Of a stretch of 64,000 nt of DNA, positions 13,595 to 26,800 are shown piece by piece (the stretch's first letter is position 1; each line of letters starts with the position of its first letter). This stretch comes from Tubiluchus corallicola. Its lineage: Eukaryota > Animalia > Priapulida. The stretch lies in the NCBI GenBank assembly GCA_030141605.1, contig JAQGDQ010000037.1, positions 372,001 to 436,000 of the forward strand. Direction: 5' to 3'. The position numbers and the translations under genes were made by a program. A model generated the notes under the pieces. That model searched no databases. It was not told the origin of the DNA and was given only the letters and a program-made list of their open reading frames with translations.

Positions 13595-13600
13595 AATAAA
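13595..13600 (+). terminator. Candidate polyadenylation signal for RAD23
   Basis: AATAAA ~670 nt after the stop, followed by T-rich sequence. Common by chance in AT-rich DNA. Confidence 0.35.
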
Positions 13601-14529
13601 AATGGTTTACGTTTACAATTTTTTTCAATTTCAGTTATAATTTAACCATAAGATGCTAAATTAGACAGCATCAGATGAATATTATATAGACTTGACATCA
13701 AAGTAGTTTAGAATGGTTTCTGCAGTAGTGAATGAGAGTAACTACGAAAAAGACCATAATGATGAAGTAATAAATTTTAAAGGCATTAAAAATCACAATT
13801 ATTTTAGATGTAATAATTGAAAAGTGTGAGGTGCGAATGAAACCTGTAATTTAGGCTGACGTATTAGAGCAATGACGACAAAATTTAATAATAACACAGC
13901 TGCGGTAAGCATTAGTAGAAGTATCTCAGTCCGAAGAGAAGGCCTTGGCTAATAAAAAACATTAAAATAAAATAGATAACAGAAACTATAATAATTATTA
14001 CAATTACCAAAATGATTACCCACTGATGAGTGAGCTGCAGCTTAGTGATGGTGTGAGAGCAGTTACGTGTGAGATCCTTTACTGTGCTGTTTGAGAGTTG
14101 TCAGCCCCCAAGAATGAAATCTCTTCCATGATCCTGGCCATGCAACGAGAAAAGATGTTTGAGAAATTTAAGTATCTGCTGGTCCATCACAGCTGAAGTA
14201 GTAAAAATATTACAGCCTGTTGTAGCTATCAGCGTCGTTAATGAATCATCAACACTCAGCAGAATATCCATCTGCATCTGAATTGCTGCCTGTCTAGTGC
14301 AAGTGCATTCACTTGCACTAAAGAGAGTTGCCAGTCGAAGTATTAATTCATTGTCCATGTTTGAATATTGTAATAATTAGTAAATTTATTGATGAGAATA
14401 ATCTCCTATTGACTGTTAGTGTAATCCATTACAATACATGTGTTATTTTGTTGTTTAATGTAGATATCATGATTCATGAAAAAATTTTGTGCAAAACAAG
14501 GCTGCAAGTTACACTATACCGATCTTTTA

Positions 14530-14720
14530 GTGGGCGGTCGTAACGAGTACGCAAAAAATCCGAACAACGATGTGTTCAAAATAATTTCTTTCAATTACCG
14601 AAACAACATGGTAGTGCACGTGTGAATGCGAATTGCGAAGCGTGAGTTCATGAATATGGAACATTGTTATTATACATTGTGTTGAAGTAACCGTCTTTTT
14701 TGCTTTATATTACTCCGCGG
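14530..14720 (+). promoter_or_regulatory. Probable PEX1 proximal promoter / 5' UTR
   Basis: Locally CpG-richer sequence directly upstream of the ATG, with GGGCGG (~14532) and CACGTG (~14617). Confidence 0.4.
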
Positions 14721-14740
14721 ATGCTATTGCCTGCTCTGAC

Positions 14741-14842
14741 ATGGAAGCTTCCAAGACAGCTTTTGTAAAGTATTCAAACATGAAGCATTGTTTTGTTTTA
14801 GTGCCTTCTAGTTGGAGTAAATTTCTTCAAGCTGACAGAAGG
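14741..14842 (+). CDS. PEX1: PEX1 exon 1
   Basis: [34 protein letters not shown], donor GTACAT, phase 0. Confidence 0.75.
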
Positions 14843-17800
14843 GTACATGCACCTATTGTTAAATTTGAATAAAGATGTGGTTACGGACCCCATGGGCTTA
14901 TAGTTTATGTATTTTGCTTATTTAGCAAATTGAAGTAGTTTGGGATGTGTCGTTTCTTGTTATTATTTTGAGTCGCTACTGTATTTATTTGTTTCACTAA
15001 ACCTGATATTCACCCACCTTTTAACTCATCTTTGCAGCTACCCCCATCATTTTGGCATTTATTATGGCTTCAATTTTGGTAGCCTTCGTGCAAGGAACCC
15101 AAAACTGGGTTATGTATATCTGTGGTGCTTACACTTAACTACAATGATTATAATGATATGATACATTATTATACACTGTGCACATAGAGCACCTATACAT
15201 ATAGGCGTCTATAACTAAGGGTACTAGAGTCATGCTGTAGCAAACTCAGTGTATGCAGACTCATGAATCCTATCTAGATTTTGCTCTTCAATAACATTAA
15301 CGTATGTTTAGATAAACATGAGACGTAAGAGCTTTATTTTCAACATAATCATGATTTACAGCATGTGGTCAGTTGGTGAATAAATTTTAAATAGAAGTTC
15401 TTTGACCTCTATTCTCCTGGTGGATTGGGGCTTTGTGTTGTCTATGAGTTTTTCGCAGTTAAATTTAAATTCATTTGTTAATTTTTGTTGTCAAGTTTTT
15501 GCCAATAAATGTATACTGTCATAAATAAATGCACTGTTGTCCTGTAGTCTTGTTACAATTTGTGCAATAATATGGGGAGCTTAGGGAAAACTATCTATAA
15601 TGTCCAACACATCCATATAATATTTGCTGAGACTGCATACGTTAAGAAGGACAAATGAAAATTCATGGCTAGCATCACTAGCATTTTTGTGTTGCTGAAG
15701 GCTTTCTAGTTTACAGTGCTTACTTACAAGTATTCTGCAATAAATATCTATCATGTGTCCTGAATATCTCGGTTGATAGGAGAGAATATAAGAGAATTAG
15801 TATAGATTCAGTTCATCACACATGTGGAAAATGCTAGTTAGTTCTGCATTTTCTCAAGTCTGAAAATGAAGAATATCATTAACACAATTTAAACAGTAAA
15901 ATGTTTCATCTCTATTTGTTAAGCGATAATATTGAGATATTGTTAACTGAGTACACTATTTCAGATCTTCTTGAGATACTCAGCTTTGTCAATTATTGGC
16001 AATTTTTGACTGTTATGAGTTGCTCGGAGGAATATCCTCCCATTCTTTTTTCCACAGATGAGGAAAATATTGTTCTTTTTTAGGGAATAGGAATGCCTAG
16101 ACAATTCATATTTTTTTGGCATTTGGGACTCATTAATGTAAATTTTATTGTCATTATATCTAGCATAATCAAGGTCACTCGTGTTTCCAGCCTTTCTGGA
16201 TTCACTATGAAATGCTTCTCATTTTTTGTGGTGAACAAGCTTCCCTATGATTTTGGAGTGTCCCTTGGCTGGCTTAGGCAGTCTGTGAGAGGTGCTGAAG
16301 CCCATTGGGTTAAAAGGAATACCCATGTTGCGTGCTACGCTTAAGACTATCCCCTCGGTTTATTCATTTTGAATGGTCGGTATCCCAGAAATCTCCAAGC
16401 AGTTCCGTGCAGGAATACTGGTTTAATTTGTCAATCTCCTCGGTATTATCTTCGACTTGCTTTTGTAGTTTGCTTACTGTCTGTTTAAGTGACGTGTTTT
16501 CTGTTGTCAAGATCTTAATGTCGTGTTTTGCAGTGTCAAGATCTTTTTTTACAATCATCAAGCATGGCTGATATAGATTCGAGTGATGTTGTGATTATGC
16601 TCAATTCGTTGTGTATTTTAGTTATTTTGCTGCCCAACGTAACTTAGTGTACTTTATTGATGCTAATTCGACGTCAGTTTTCGATAATTTGCTGTTCATT
16701 GCAGTGATTTGGCTTGTTAATTCATGCAGTAGTCTTAAGCATTATTGTCTATTTTGCCTGATTTCTCTTCCAAAATTATGAAACTATTACCTGATGTAGA
16801 CGCAGTTTCTGCTGTATCTGCGTGAGCTGCCATATTGCTAGCTGATTGCTTCGTTATCATTCCCAGGCTGCTCGACTCTGCCATAATATCACTGGCTGTT
16901 GTCGACTTCTTTTGATTGTTTCCATCTCCTCAGGGAGCCATGTAGTTTATCACAATTTTTACACGATATAATGTAATTGCTTTGTTTAAAGATAATTTTT
17001 TCATCAAATTCTGTGAGCAAGAATTTTTATCGCCTTTCAACATGTGTTTGGATAAAGGACAGGATGAAAGGACGGACATGAAGGACAGGTGACTGCATGA
17101 CCTTTTGGTATTTCCCTGTAAGTGAAACAAGCACCACATGGCAAACTGGTGGATTTTTGGGAAAACTGAAAATTTTATAATGGTTTACTTTTTTGCAGTG
17201 TTGTCCCCCAAATCAACATTTTGCTGATCTAAACCATGTAATTGACCAGCTCAGTAACAGAATTCTGGTGCATTTGAAAGTAATGTACCTCACAGATTGT
17301 TTAATGACAAAGCAAAAGCAGAATCCCAGCTTGATCACTTGTTATGTGCCATTTTTAAGAAATTGGCTATCAGTTAACTAACTATCAGGTTTATTGATTT
17401 CTGGCGTACGCAAAACTATAACATTATGAAATTGAATAGAATAAAAATTGAAATTTTCTCCAAATACACATAAGCATTCCAGCATGTAGTTGTCCGAACT
17501 AAACTAGAATTGCAATAGGTTCTACAGTGCACCATGAAAGTGAAAAGTGATAATAAATTTTGTTAACTTCTCTCTTTCTGTGAACTATAAAATCTCTTTG
17601 GAGTTATAAACCAGTAGTTTCTTTTTGACTATGGCATACTATTTCTACACTTAGGTTCAAGTACTTGAAATTGCATATGGCAATGATGAAAAAGTGGCTT
17701 ATTTTTCGTGGAATGGAGAATATTCAGCTACAGATCATCAAGAATGTTTGGAAGTAAATGCTTTACTGGCATCAAAGTTGGGACTTCTTAGCGGAGAAGA

Positions 17801-20800
17801 GGTACCAGTCATGTTCATTCATCATTTAGTCGATGGAAACATATTTTTATAGCATTCTTAGTATTCGATATTCAACAGAAATATCAAAATCGATTTTAGT
17901 AATGTATTCGTTTTGCAAAATATCATTAATTTTAAGTACTAAATGGTGAAAATGTTCACTAAAAAATCGTAAAAACAACTTTAACAGTATGCAACAATGT
18001 TAAAAGTAGTGAAAGACAACAGCAGAATGTCAGCATATGTATGTTACTGTCTTTCAAACCTTGCTTGTTGGTGTTGAAGTCTTAAGCCTAATGAGTTAAT
18101 TTGTTTTGTAAACTAAGTCCTAATTAAGCACTTTGTATGTCAGTGCACATTTTCTATAATAATAAAAGTATTTCAAATTTTAAAACATTCTAAATACATC
18201 GCACACATTTAGCATTAAATTTTATATTTCTGTGTATGACTTTTTAAAGAATGGACTTAGTTAAAAATGTACTTCTTTTGCTAAAAAATTAATTGACATT
18301 TACAGTATTTTAATTATAGGTACTTGCGAAACAGTTAAACAACATTCCATCTTGCCTGCGAATGAATGTAGAACCACTCTCCCCTGATGACTGGGAAATT
18401 TTGGTAAAACGTTTAATAATTTTTACGTTATAATGAGACGTGCTGTCTGGTAATCTTATTGGAACTTAGCTCTCTGTAAAATAGCTCATTAGCGCAAGTG
18501 TATGGCATTCTTTTCAAGCACCATTTCATGTATATGTCTAATGAATTATGTTTCCATAGAAATTACCCATATGACTTGATCCTGATGTTGTATACTGAGT
18601 GTATTTAGGCATCACTTAATGTATGTTTGCCCTTCAGCAATTACACTATTCACACCACTTCTATACTAAATGCATTTCTGATGCCTTCAAGTTTGTACAA
18701 TTTTGCATTCACTTTTCGGTTAATTTTGAGCGTTTCAATGTGGAATTGCAGTTGTTTGTCTTGCTAATATCCACCAGATTCAGTTTTATTACAATTAGCA
18801 ATTTTAGACCTAGTCAAGGCCTTTTTATGCAATGGAGTATAGACACTATTTACAAAGAATACAAAAAAATGAACTATAGACATAAGTACTAGAAAAGTGC
18901 GATCTAGTACAAAATAAAAGATAAGAATTGAATACGATTTATGGTGTTTTCATTTCAATGCATGCCAAAATAAAGACCAATTTATTTATTTTTTATATTA
19001 ATTATTTTGTGATTATTAGTTACTGATGGAGTGAACTGTTAATCGACGTTATATTTGATTGGAAAGGAAGAACGAAAAAGTTCGAACTGAGCTACATTTG
19101 AATAAGTGTCTGACTTGTTACATTATCTTCATCTTGGTCACGTCTTTTTTCAAAAACTTAATAATTGTAGGTTCATTTAATCATTACTGTTGCTGATTTT
19201 AATCACCAGGAGCTGAATGCTGAACATGTACAAATGCAGTTGCTCAACCAAATACGGGTAGTAGCGCATAACCAGGCATTCCCAATTTGGATAAACCATA
19301 GTATTTCTATCTTTGTTTATGTTGGTAAGCCTATTTATACTTTTGTGTTAATTATAAATCCATGCTTATTCTTAAAGATAACAACTTGTCATACAGTTTG
19401 CAAACTATTTTGCAATGTAGCATAATTACACTAATATTTATAGGCTTTGCAAATACTTTGTTTGTTTTTACAAAATCTTATGCCTAACTATTACGGGAAA
19501 AGAAAATGGAAATTTAAAGTATGTTTCAAAAAACTTTCCAAACAAAGTTATATTTATTCAACGATACATTCACCGTCTTTGAAAAACATATGTAGCTGAA
19601 AAAGAAAATTCTTAATAATTTAAAATGTTCCCAGCAGCTGGTAAAATGTTACTGTTTCACTATCTCAGTGTGCATAAAATGTCACTGGCTCACCAAAAAA
19701 AAAAAATGTTATTAATCTTATTGACAAGATAAGGTAATTTATGTTTTTGCTTAGTTAGTGAAAACGTGTGCTACGAATGCTCTGCTTACTTTTTTTTTAA
19801 CTCTGTACAGTGTTATCTAAACTTGTTTCGACAACTTGCCTTCAAAATAGCTATGCCTAAGTGTTATCACAGGAGTTTAAATTCTCAAGTTTTATACAGT
19901 GTTACTGCTAATGCAAGCTCTGTGCATCATTAGACAGTATGTATGTGATGGAAAATTTCAGGATGAGCTTTTTAGTTTTATTTGGTAAATGGTTTTCATG
20001 TCCTTTTAATTGTTTAAATATATCTATTTAATCAACTGTATAAATAATTGTTATATTTTTCCTATGTGTATAAGAAACAGTATTAGCTTCTTAGTCTCAT
20101 AATTGTTCATATTTTGCAGTTGATATGTCTCCAAGCTGTGCCCGCTGTTGTATACTAGAAGACCGCACTGAAGTAGTCATCAGCCCAAAACTGAGGAAAT
20201 ATAGGCAAATATCAGTAAATCAATCTAGTCGTGATTTAATCAGCCAAGCAAAAGCCAGTAATGCAAAGCAACTGTCTGATGGAACTGATAATTATTCCAA
20301 GCAGGAAACTGTTAAAACTAGTCAACCTAATATATCGTATTCTGTGATAATGTACATTTTTAATTTTTTGAAATTCATAGTTCTTGGTGTTGATGCAGTT
20401 AGTGGTATAGAAAGAATGGAATCATCTAACCAGTCTTCTTACAGTCTGTTTCATACACAGAAACTGAAACTGTCGCTTCGTGTAGAGCCATGTGCAAATG
20501 ACTATGCAACTTGCTCATTCTGTGATAATTTTAAACAAAAAACATTAATGTGCACTAATTCAGATTGTGATACAATCTGTGAAGATGGTAAAACATTGAG
20601 AGTGCACTCATGTTGCGATTACACTAAGCCGTCATTGTATGAAATTTGTGAACACGGACAGTTTTGTGCAGCCTTTATTTCAGAGCATGATTTACCACAC
20701 TCACTGAAAATTCAGTTTCCAAACACTTTTGTTGCATGCGTAAGAAAAATCAAGTCACCTGCTGAAATTAACAGGTATACTAAAGAATCCAAACAGAATC

Positions 20801-23800
20801 TGGAAAACTTAAAGAATACCTCTGTAGAAACATTGAAAAATGAGGTGGTTGCTGAGGTGAGTAATAGTTATGACGCTGATGTTTGTGCAGCAAGGATTTT
20901 TGTGATAGACAAAACGAATGAAGAGACAGTGCGGAATCTTGGAAAAACTCGTATATGTGATAGGCGTATTGCTATTTCTGATTTACTACGAAGAACTTTT
21001 GGACTTGGTGTAACTGACAAAGTATGTTTAGAAAGCCTGCAGACTCTGCCTAAAAAGGTTCATACAATTATTCTTCATCCAATGTTTTCTGTGGTAAGTG
21101 TATTGCAGTTAATTTGTGGTTCATTAGAAGTTTATTAGAATTATTAAACCTGACTAGTCACTGTAAGGATACTATCTCTTTTGCATTTTTGTTTAAATTG
21201 CAATTGTTGGTCACAATTAATTTTATTTTCATGGCTTTCTGATTGTCCGATGTATTTCTCCATTGCATCACATTCATTTTTATGCAAAAGGCTTTAAGTG
21301 CTTCTTGTTAATTATTTATTGTGCAAAGTAAATATTTCATTAATAGCTGATACATTCATTTCAGCCTCTAGCATTCGAAAATGAAGAGAAGAGCATTTCC
21401 ATCATTGAAGTTTTCAAAAATTTTGTTTCTTCCTGCAGTAGTGAAACATGTCCAGTTGTTTTGAATAGTAGTAATATCACTAGGCTGGCATTAACTCCAG
21501 GTAAATGATGGTTTTCTCGATTTTTAATTTTTTACTCCTGGCTTTTCACGCTTTTTAATTCTTTTACTCAAAAGTTTGTTTGCATTAAATGAAATATACA
21601 AATCAGAGTACTTATTTGTTTTAAAGGAAAACAGCAAACAAGTTTAAACCACAGCACAGTGATTTATGATTAAAAAATTATGAAGTGCATTGTTTTTAAT
21701 GTCTTACGTTAATGAACTATCTCGGAATGTAACTGTGTTAGCTTTCAATTGTTGTACACTTGTTCAGTGAGAATATAGACAACAATGCCTATTTGTCACA
21801 GGTACTTTGCACAATATATTTAACTCAGAAATATTTTTCTTTTCCTTGCATTTGTCTTATGGCATGCATATGTCAGTACTTGTAGCTTAATGGTTTTGTT
21901 ATTATCTTATGATGCACACATTTCTGTTTAATTTAACCAAGATTTCAAACTTTACAAGAGATATATTTCATAGCTTGGGAATGTTGTATTCTTAAATAAA
22001 TTATATAAAGTTTTCTTGTCTTTTTTAATGCTCAAAGATGTCCTTGTGGTATCGGTTTTCACAGCTAATTTGTTTATTATAATGATCTCTATCAAAAGTT
22101 CATGAAGTCATTAGTGAATTGTTTGATGAACTTATTTAGCTGAATTGAAGTAATTTTTAATCACAAATGCATTTTCAGTTATGATTTTTTTTTTGTTTTT
22201 TTCTTATAATTTACTAAAAGAAATGTGTCGTGGGGAGGATTGCAAGCTTTTAGGTACATTTGTTTATCTTTTGTTTATCTCAATATTTTGCAGATTTTTC
22301 TGGAGAATTTCTACTCATTGTAAAACATTTAGAAGATGCAAAAATGAATGAATCTGGATTACCTGCTACCCAATGCTGCTACTACTTCTTGACCCCTTTA
22401 GATTTGACTACTGTTGAGGTAAAATTGTTATTGCATTCAGTACGTTATGTTAAACTGTGTTTTAAATTAAACAGTGCAGATTGTCAACAGTTGTTCTATG
22501 CATATTAGGCAAAACTTATCTATACTCCGCATGCATGGTATTTTAGATAAAACTTGGTTCAGCGGTGTCAAAAGAACATAAACATCAGTGGATGGGAGCT
22601 TTATCTGCATGGGATTTATGTGACTTGGACCCTCCAATGCCTATTGTACAGATTCAATCTCTAGGGTAATTATAGTTTTTAAATGAAGGCCAGAATCTAT
22701 TGTGTGCAAATGAAGGTTAGAAGTTACTTTATTACAGTGGTTACTGTTACTTCTGCAAATGTTTTCTGTACATTGTAGTGATAAAATTGGAAATTACTTT
22801 AGTGTCGTTGGTTTTACAAATCTGAAAGATAAATTGTTGAGGTTTTAGGAGGCAACTGACAAAGGTTTTCTACTGCTCTGGATATCATCTCAATATAACT
22901 GCAAAAATCTTATCTTGGTCTTATAATGTTTTCAAATCAAATTCAATAAACTGTGGATTTTCGTTAAATATAGTTATGCTAAACATCATATTTTCACAGT
23001 TATTAACTTGTCTAAAGGTAGAACTTCATAATGTGTAGTGCGTATGCGTAGCCCGTGATGCATAGTATAAATGTATGATCTGTGATGTGTAGCGTGTATA
23101 CAACAGTTTGTAGTTAAATACGTGAAAGTGTTCCCATTAGCTTTTAATGTGCAATTTGTAATGCGTGCTGTTGCCTAGGTGATCTAGCGAGTTTCCTAGT
23201 TTTCAGCGATCATTGGCTGTTTGGCTTCATGGTCAGATGAGTTTTGATCACTTTATTAACTATGCACAACAATATTTCTTCCATCTGAGCCTTTGAGAGG
23301 CAGAAGAAGCAGACAATTATGTTTTTCTGCATCTAGTTGCAGTTCCTTCACCAAGTAATGATACCATGCTGTATAGGATTCTCTCCATTATTACCCAAAA
23401 ATTGTTTTCTTTTGAATTTTTCCATCTAATGTTACATCATTTGTCCATCTTGATCACTGTTGCGCTGAAATTTCGACAAAGACATGACTTCCAAAAATTA
23501 TTACTTCCAGTTTTCATGAATAGCAAACAAAAGTGGCAGAAAGGATGTCGTGAGCTTTATTAATACTCATGGTTCATGGACGCATGGAAACACTCAGTGC
23601 ACACCACGCATTATGGATTACGAATCACGTGCACATGGAGCCCTTTCTTAACTTTACATTAAATTTTTATAGTGGAATCGCACATTTATTCAAAGATGCC
23701 GTCGACTTTCTGACAACTGTCATAACAGATAGGCGTCTGTGTTGGAACTCTCATTGTATGGGGGGCTTGATGATATGTGGCGTCAGCGGAAGTGGTAAAA

Positions 23801-26800
23801 CCTCACTAGCCAAAGCAGTATGTGTAAAACTTGCCGAAGCACCAAATTATACATATATTCACACTGTAGAATGTCGACCCCTGAGAGGTAGGCAACATTG
23901 ATTAGAGGATGCTAGTTTCATTAGATCTGTGGTTTTATTAATATGTATTTTTGTATATGAAAAATGTAACCCATAATTGGTAGTCCTTTTTGTCTATTAG
24001 CACAACTAGATCAATGCAGGTGTGTTATTGTAGAAATTAGTTGATACAGACATAAGTTAAACTGCAAACTTATTTTTATATGCATCATATGTGGTTTCAT
24101 GTGATCTATATCATACATAAAGATAAGTTTGTAATTTGACTTATGTCTGTATCAACTTATCTTGAAGCGACACAAAACACATGATATGCATAGTATATAA
24201 AAATAAGTTCGTAGTTTGACTTATATCTGCACCAACTTATGTTAAAACAACACAAATGTGTATGCAAAAACAATTTTCTGAAATTTTTTTGCTGTTAAAC
24301 GAACGTCCACTTTGTGGCAAATTTGCTAGTACACTATATTGCATTAAGGTAGGCTACCATACATCCAACTGACCAAGCATTACGTTATTTAACATGGCCC
24401 TCCAAAATAATGAAAACATTTTCAAAGCTGAGATGCATTTGCTTTGATAGCTAATATTTCCTTTATTCGTATTTCCGTGTACCTTTGTAATCTTCCTGAC
24501 AAGTTTCTGTATATATTAAAGAAGGAACGATTAAATAATAGAGAAAGAATTATTAAATATCCAGCTAATTGGATAGAAATTACTAGAAAGGTCCCAACAA
24601 AGACTCTTAAATTGTTAATATTTTCAGTGTATTCTTAGCTATTAGGCTGCAAGCTCATTTGAAGTTTATACATTATTCATAACTTAATTTGAACCTTTCA
24701 AGGCACAATAAACTCTATTCCCAACATCCCAACAAAATGCTTATAGCATGATGTAATTGTAGTGTTTTCAGAAATTCTTAAATGAAATGCATGGAAACAC
24801 GAAGTGCATTATAATAGTTTGCTTGATGGTGAGTACTGCTGCATAAAATAATGATCTGGAGACTTGTAATTTTAAACAGACACAGCCTACTGTGCGATTG
24901 GTATGTTTAAGGACTAATGTTTAAGTAGATTGCAACATCTACAAACTTTTCATGAATATTTTAATAAAAGCAAAAATCAAACATTTTGTGGAAGACTTTT
25001 CAATTACACACACAATTACAAAAAATACCCATTCACCCCCGATTTAGATTTTCTTAGTACAAATTGGCACTTTCAAACCAGGATCCCCTCAACATCAGGT
25101 TGTGGTATGACCAGAACACAACATCAGGTCTTTGCATGACCAGAACCCACATCAGGTCTTGGCATGACCAGAATCCAGCATCAGGTCATGGTATGACCAG
25201 AACCCAACATCAGGTCGTGGTATGACCAGAACCCAACATCAGGTTGTGGTATGACCAGAACCCAACATCAGGTCTTGGCATGACCAGAACCCAACATCAG
25301 GTCGTGGTATTGCCAGAACCCAACATCAGGTCGTGGTATGACCAGAACCCAACATCAGGTTGTGGTATGAGCAGAACACAACATCAGGTCTTGGCATGGC
25401 GAGAACCCTACTTGTTAGTAAGGATAATCTTCTAAGAAGAGACATTGAACTGACAGTTACATCCATAACTTCCTCCCTCAGCAGGTAAATAACATGGGGA
25501 AGTTTGGTAGATAACACCAGTTTTCCTGGCAGTCACCTATTCATTTACTGTCCTAGCTTGCCATTGTTTAACTGTGGCCGCTAAACACGCACGTTGACCA
25601 CTCAACTATTAACTCTGCCTTAGATGCCCTGGTTCACAAATTTTGCTTTTCTTAAGAGCAGTGCCTAGTAACATTCTTAGTTGAATTGATTTTTAAGAAA
25701 TAGTTGCTAATTGATGATTTAATTTGAGTTAATTAACCAAGATTAAAGTTGATCTTCACTCGTATTGGTTTTTTTACTCCTTTCAGTACAGTTTTTGTAT
25801 CAGACCGTGCAAAAGTATATGCATTCATTTCACCTACTATGTTCAAAAAGCATTAATAACACCATTTAAAGTGTTTGCTCTTAAGGTAAATAAAACTAAA
25901 AAATTAATGATTTACCAAAAAGATCGTTGTATTGATTTTCATGCTCACCTGGCATTTTAACATAATGCTTAATACACGTACTTATAAATGAAGTAATACG
26001 AAGATATGGCTATTCTGTAATTATAACTACCTAAACATACATAACATAAAAAAACGAGAAAGTTTAGTACCAGCAAACTAATGACAGAATTAACAATTTT
26101 TGGTGTAAAAACTGTCTTTCCTACTTCAAATCTTTCATTTGCTGTTTTTCCATTTCGGAATCAGTATGCGAATGAACAGAAGAGTAATATCTAATAGAAG
26201 TTCTAAAAATTCAAACACAGCTAACACAGAAAGTCCAAGATATAAACCTAACAAACCACCCATATCTGCCGCTAGATCAGTAAGCGTATAGGAATAGACT
26301 TCTTCAAGATCCGTTTCAGTAAACTCTTTGAAACCAACTGAAAGCGTAATTTCCATGTGGCCTGCAATATGCATATCTTGTAATTCCTTATACTTTTTGT
26401 AAGCATTATGGTTAAATATTGAATCATTTACTGGCAAGTCGGGAAGTACGTTTCTTTTGTAATACTGTTGATACACTTGTTTTAGAAGTTCGTAGTTATC
26501 ATGCAACTCCGATCTGTTTTGTTCTATTTGATTTGCTATGTACCCAGCGAGTATTGCAGCTTTTACTTCTAAAGGTTTAATCTTGTAGCCTGGTTGTACG
26601 CGTTCCCAGGTGTCTGTAAACATGGCAGATTCACAAGATATTTTGCAGTATTTTTGACAGTTTTCTAGTTCTTCACCATGATTTGTGCAAGCAAAACATG
26701 CATAGTTATCACTGTTGTTGTATAGTTTGCAGTGAGGAACGTCTCTGTCACTCATGTCTGGACACACGCTAGGTATGCAGTTGCATATTTTAGTGTTATA

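Noticed and set aside
14101-14358. 85-aa minus-strand ORF between RAD23 and PEX1
   Set aside because: Ends in DFILGG, faintly like a LINE endonuclease ILGGDFN motif; too weak to call as either gene or element.
20125-21138. Stand-alone 337-aa gene
   Set aside because: It is PEX1 exon 5 read through its donor site; flanking splice sites and phases fit the PEX1 model.
25091-25408. CRISPR-like repeat array
   Set aside because: Units are contiguous with no unique spacers, there are no cas genes, and the context is a eukaryotic intron.
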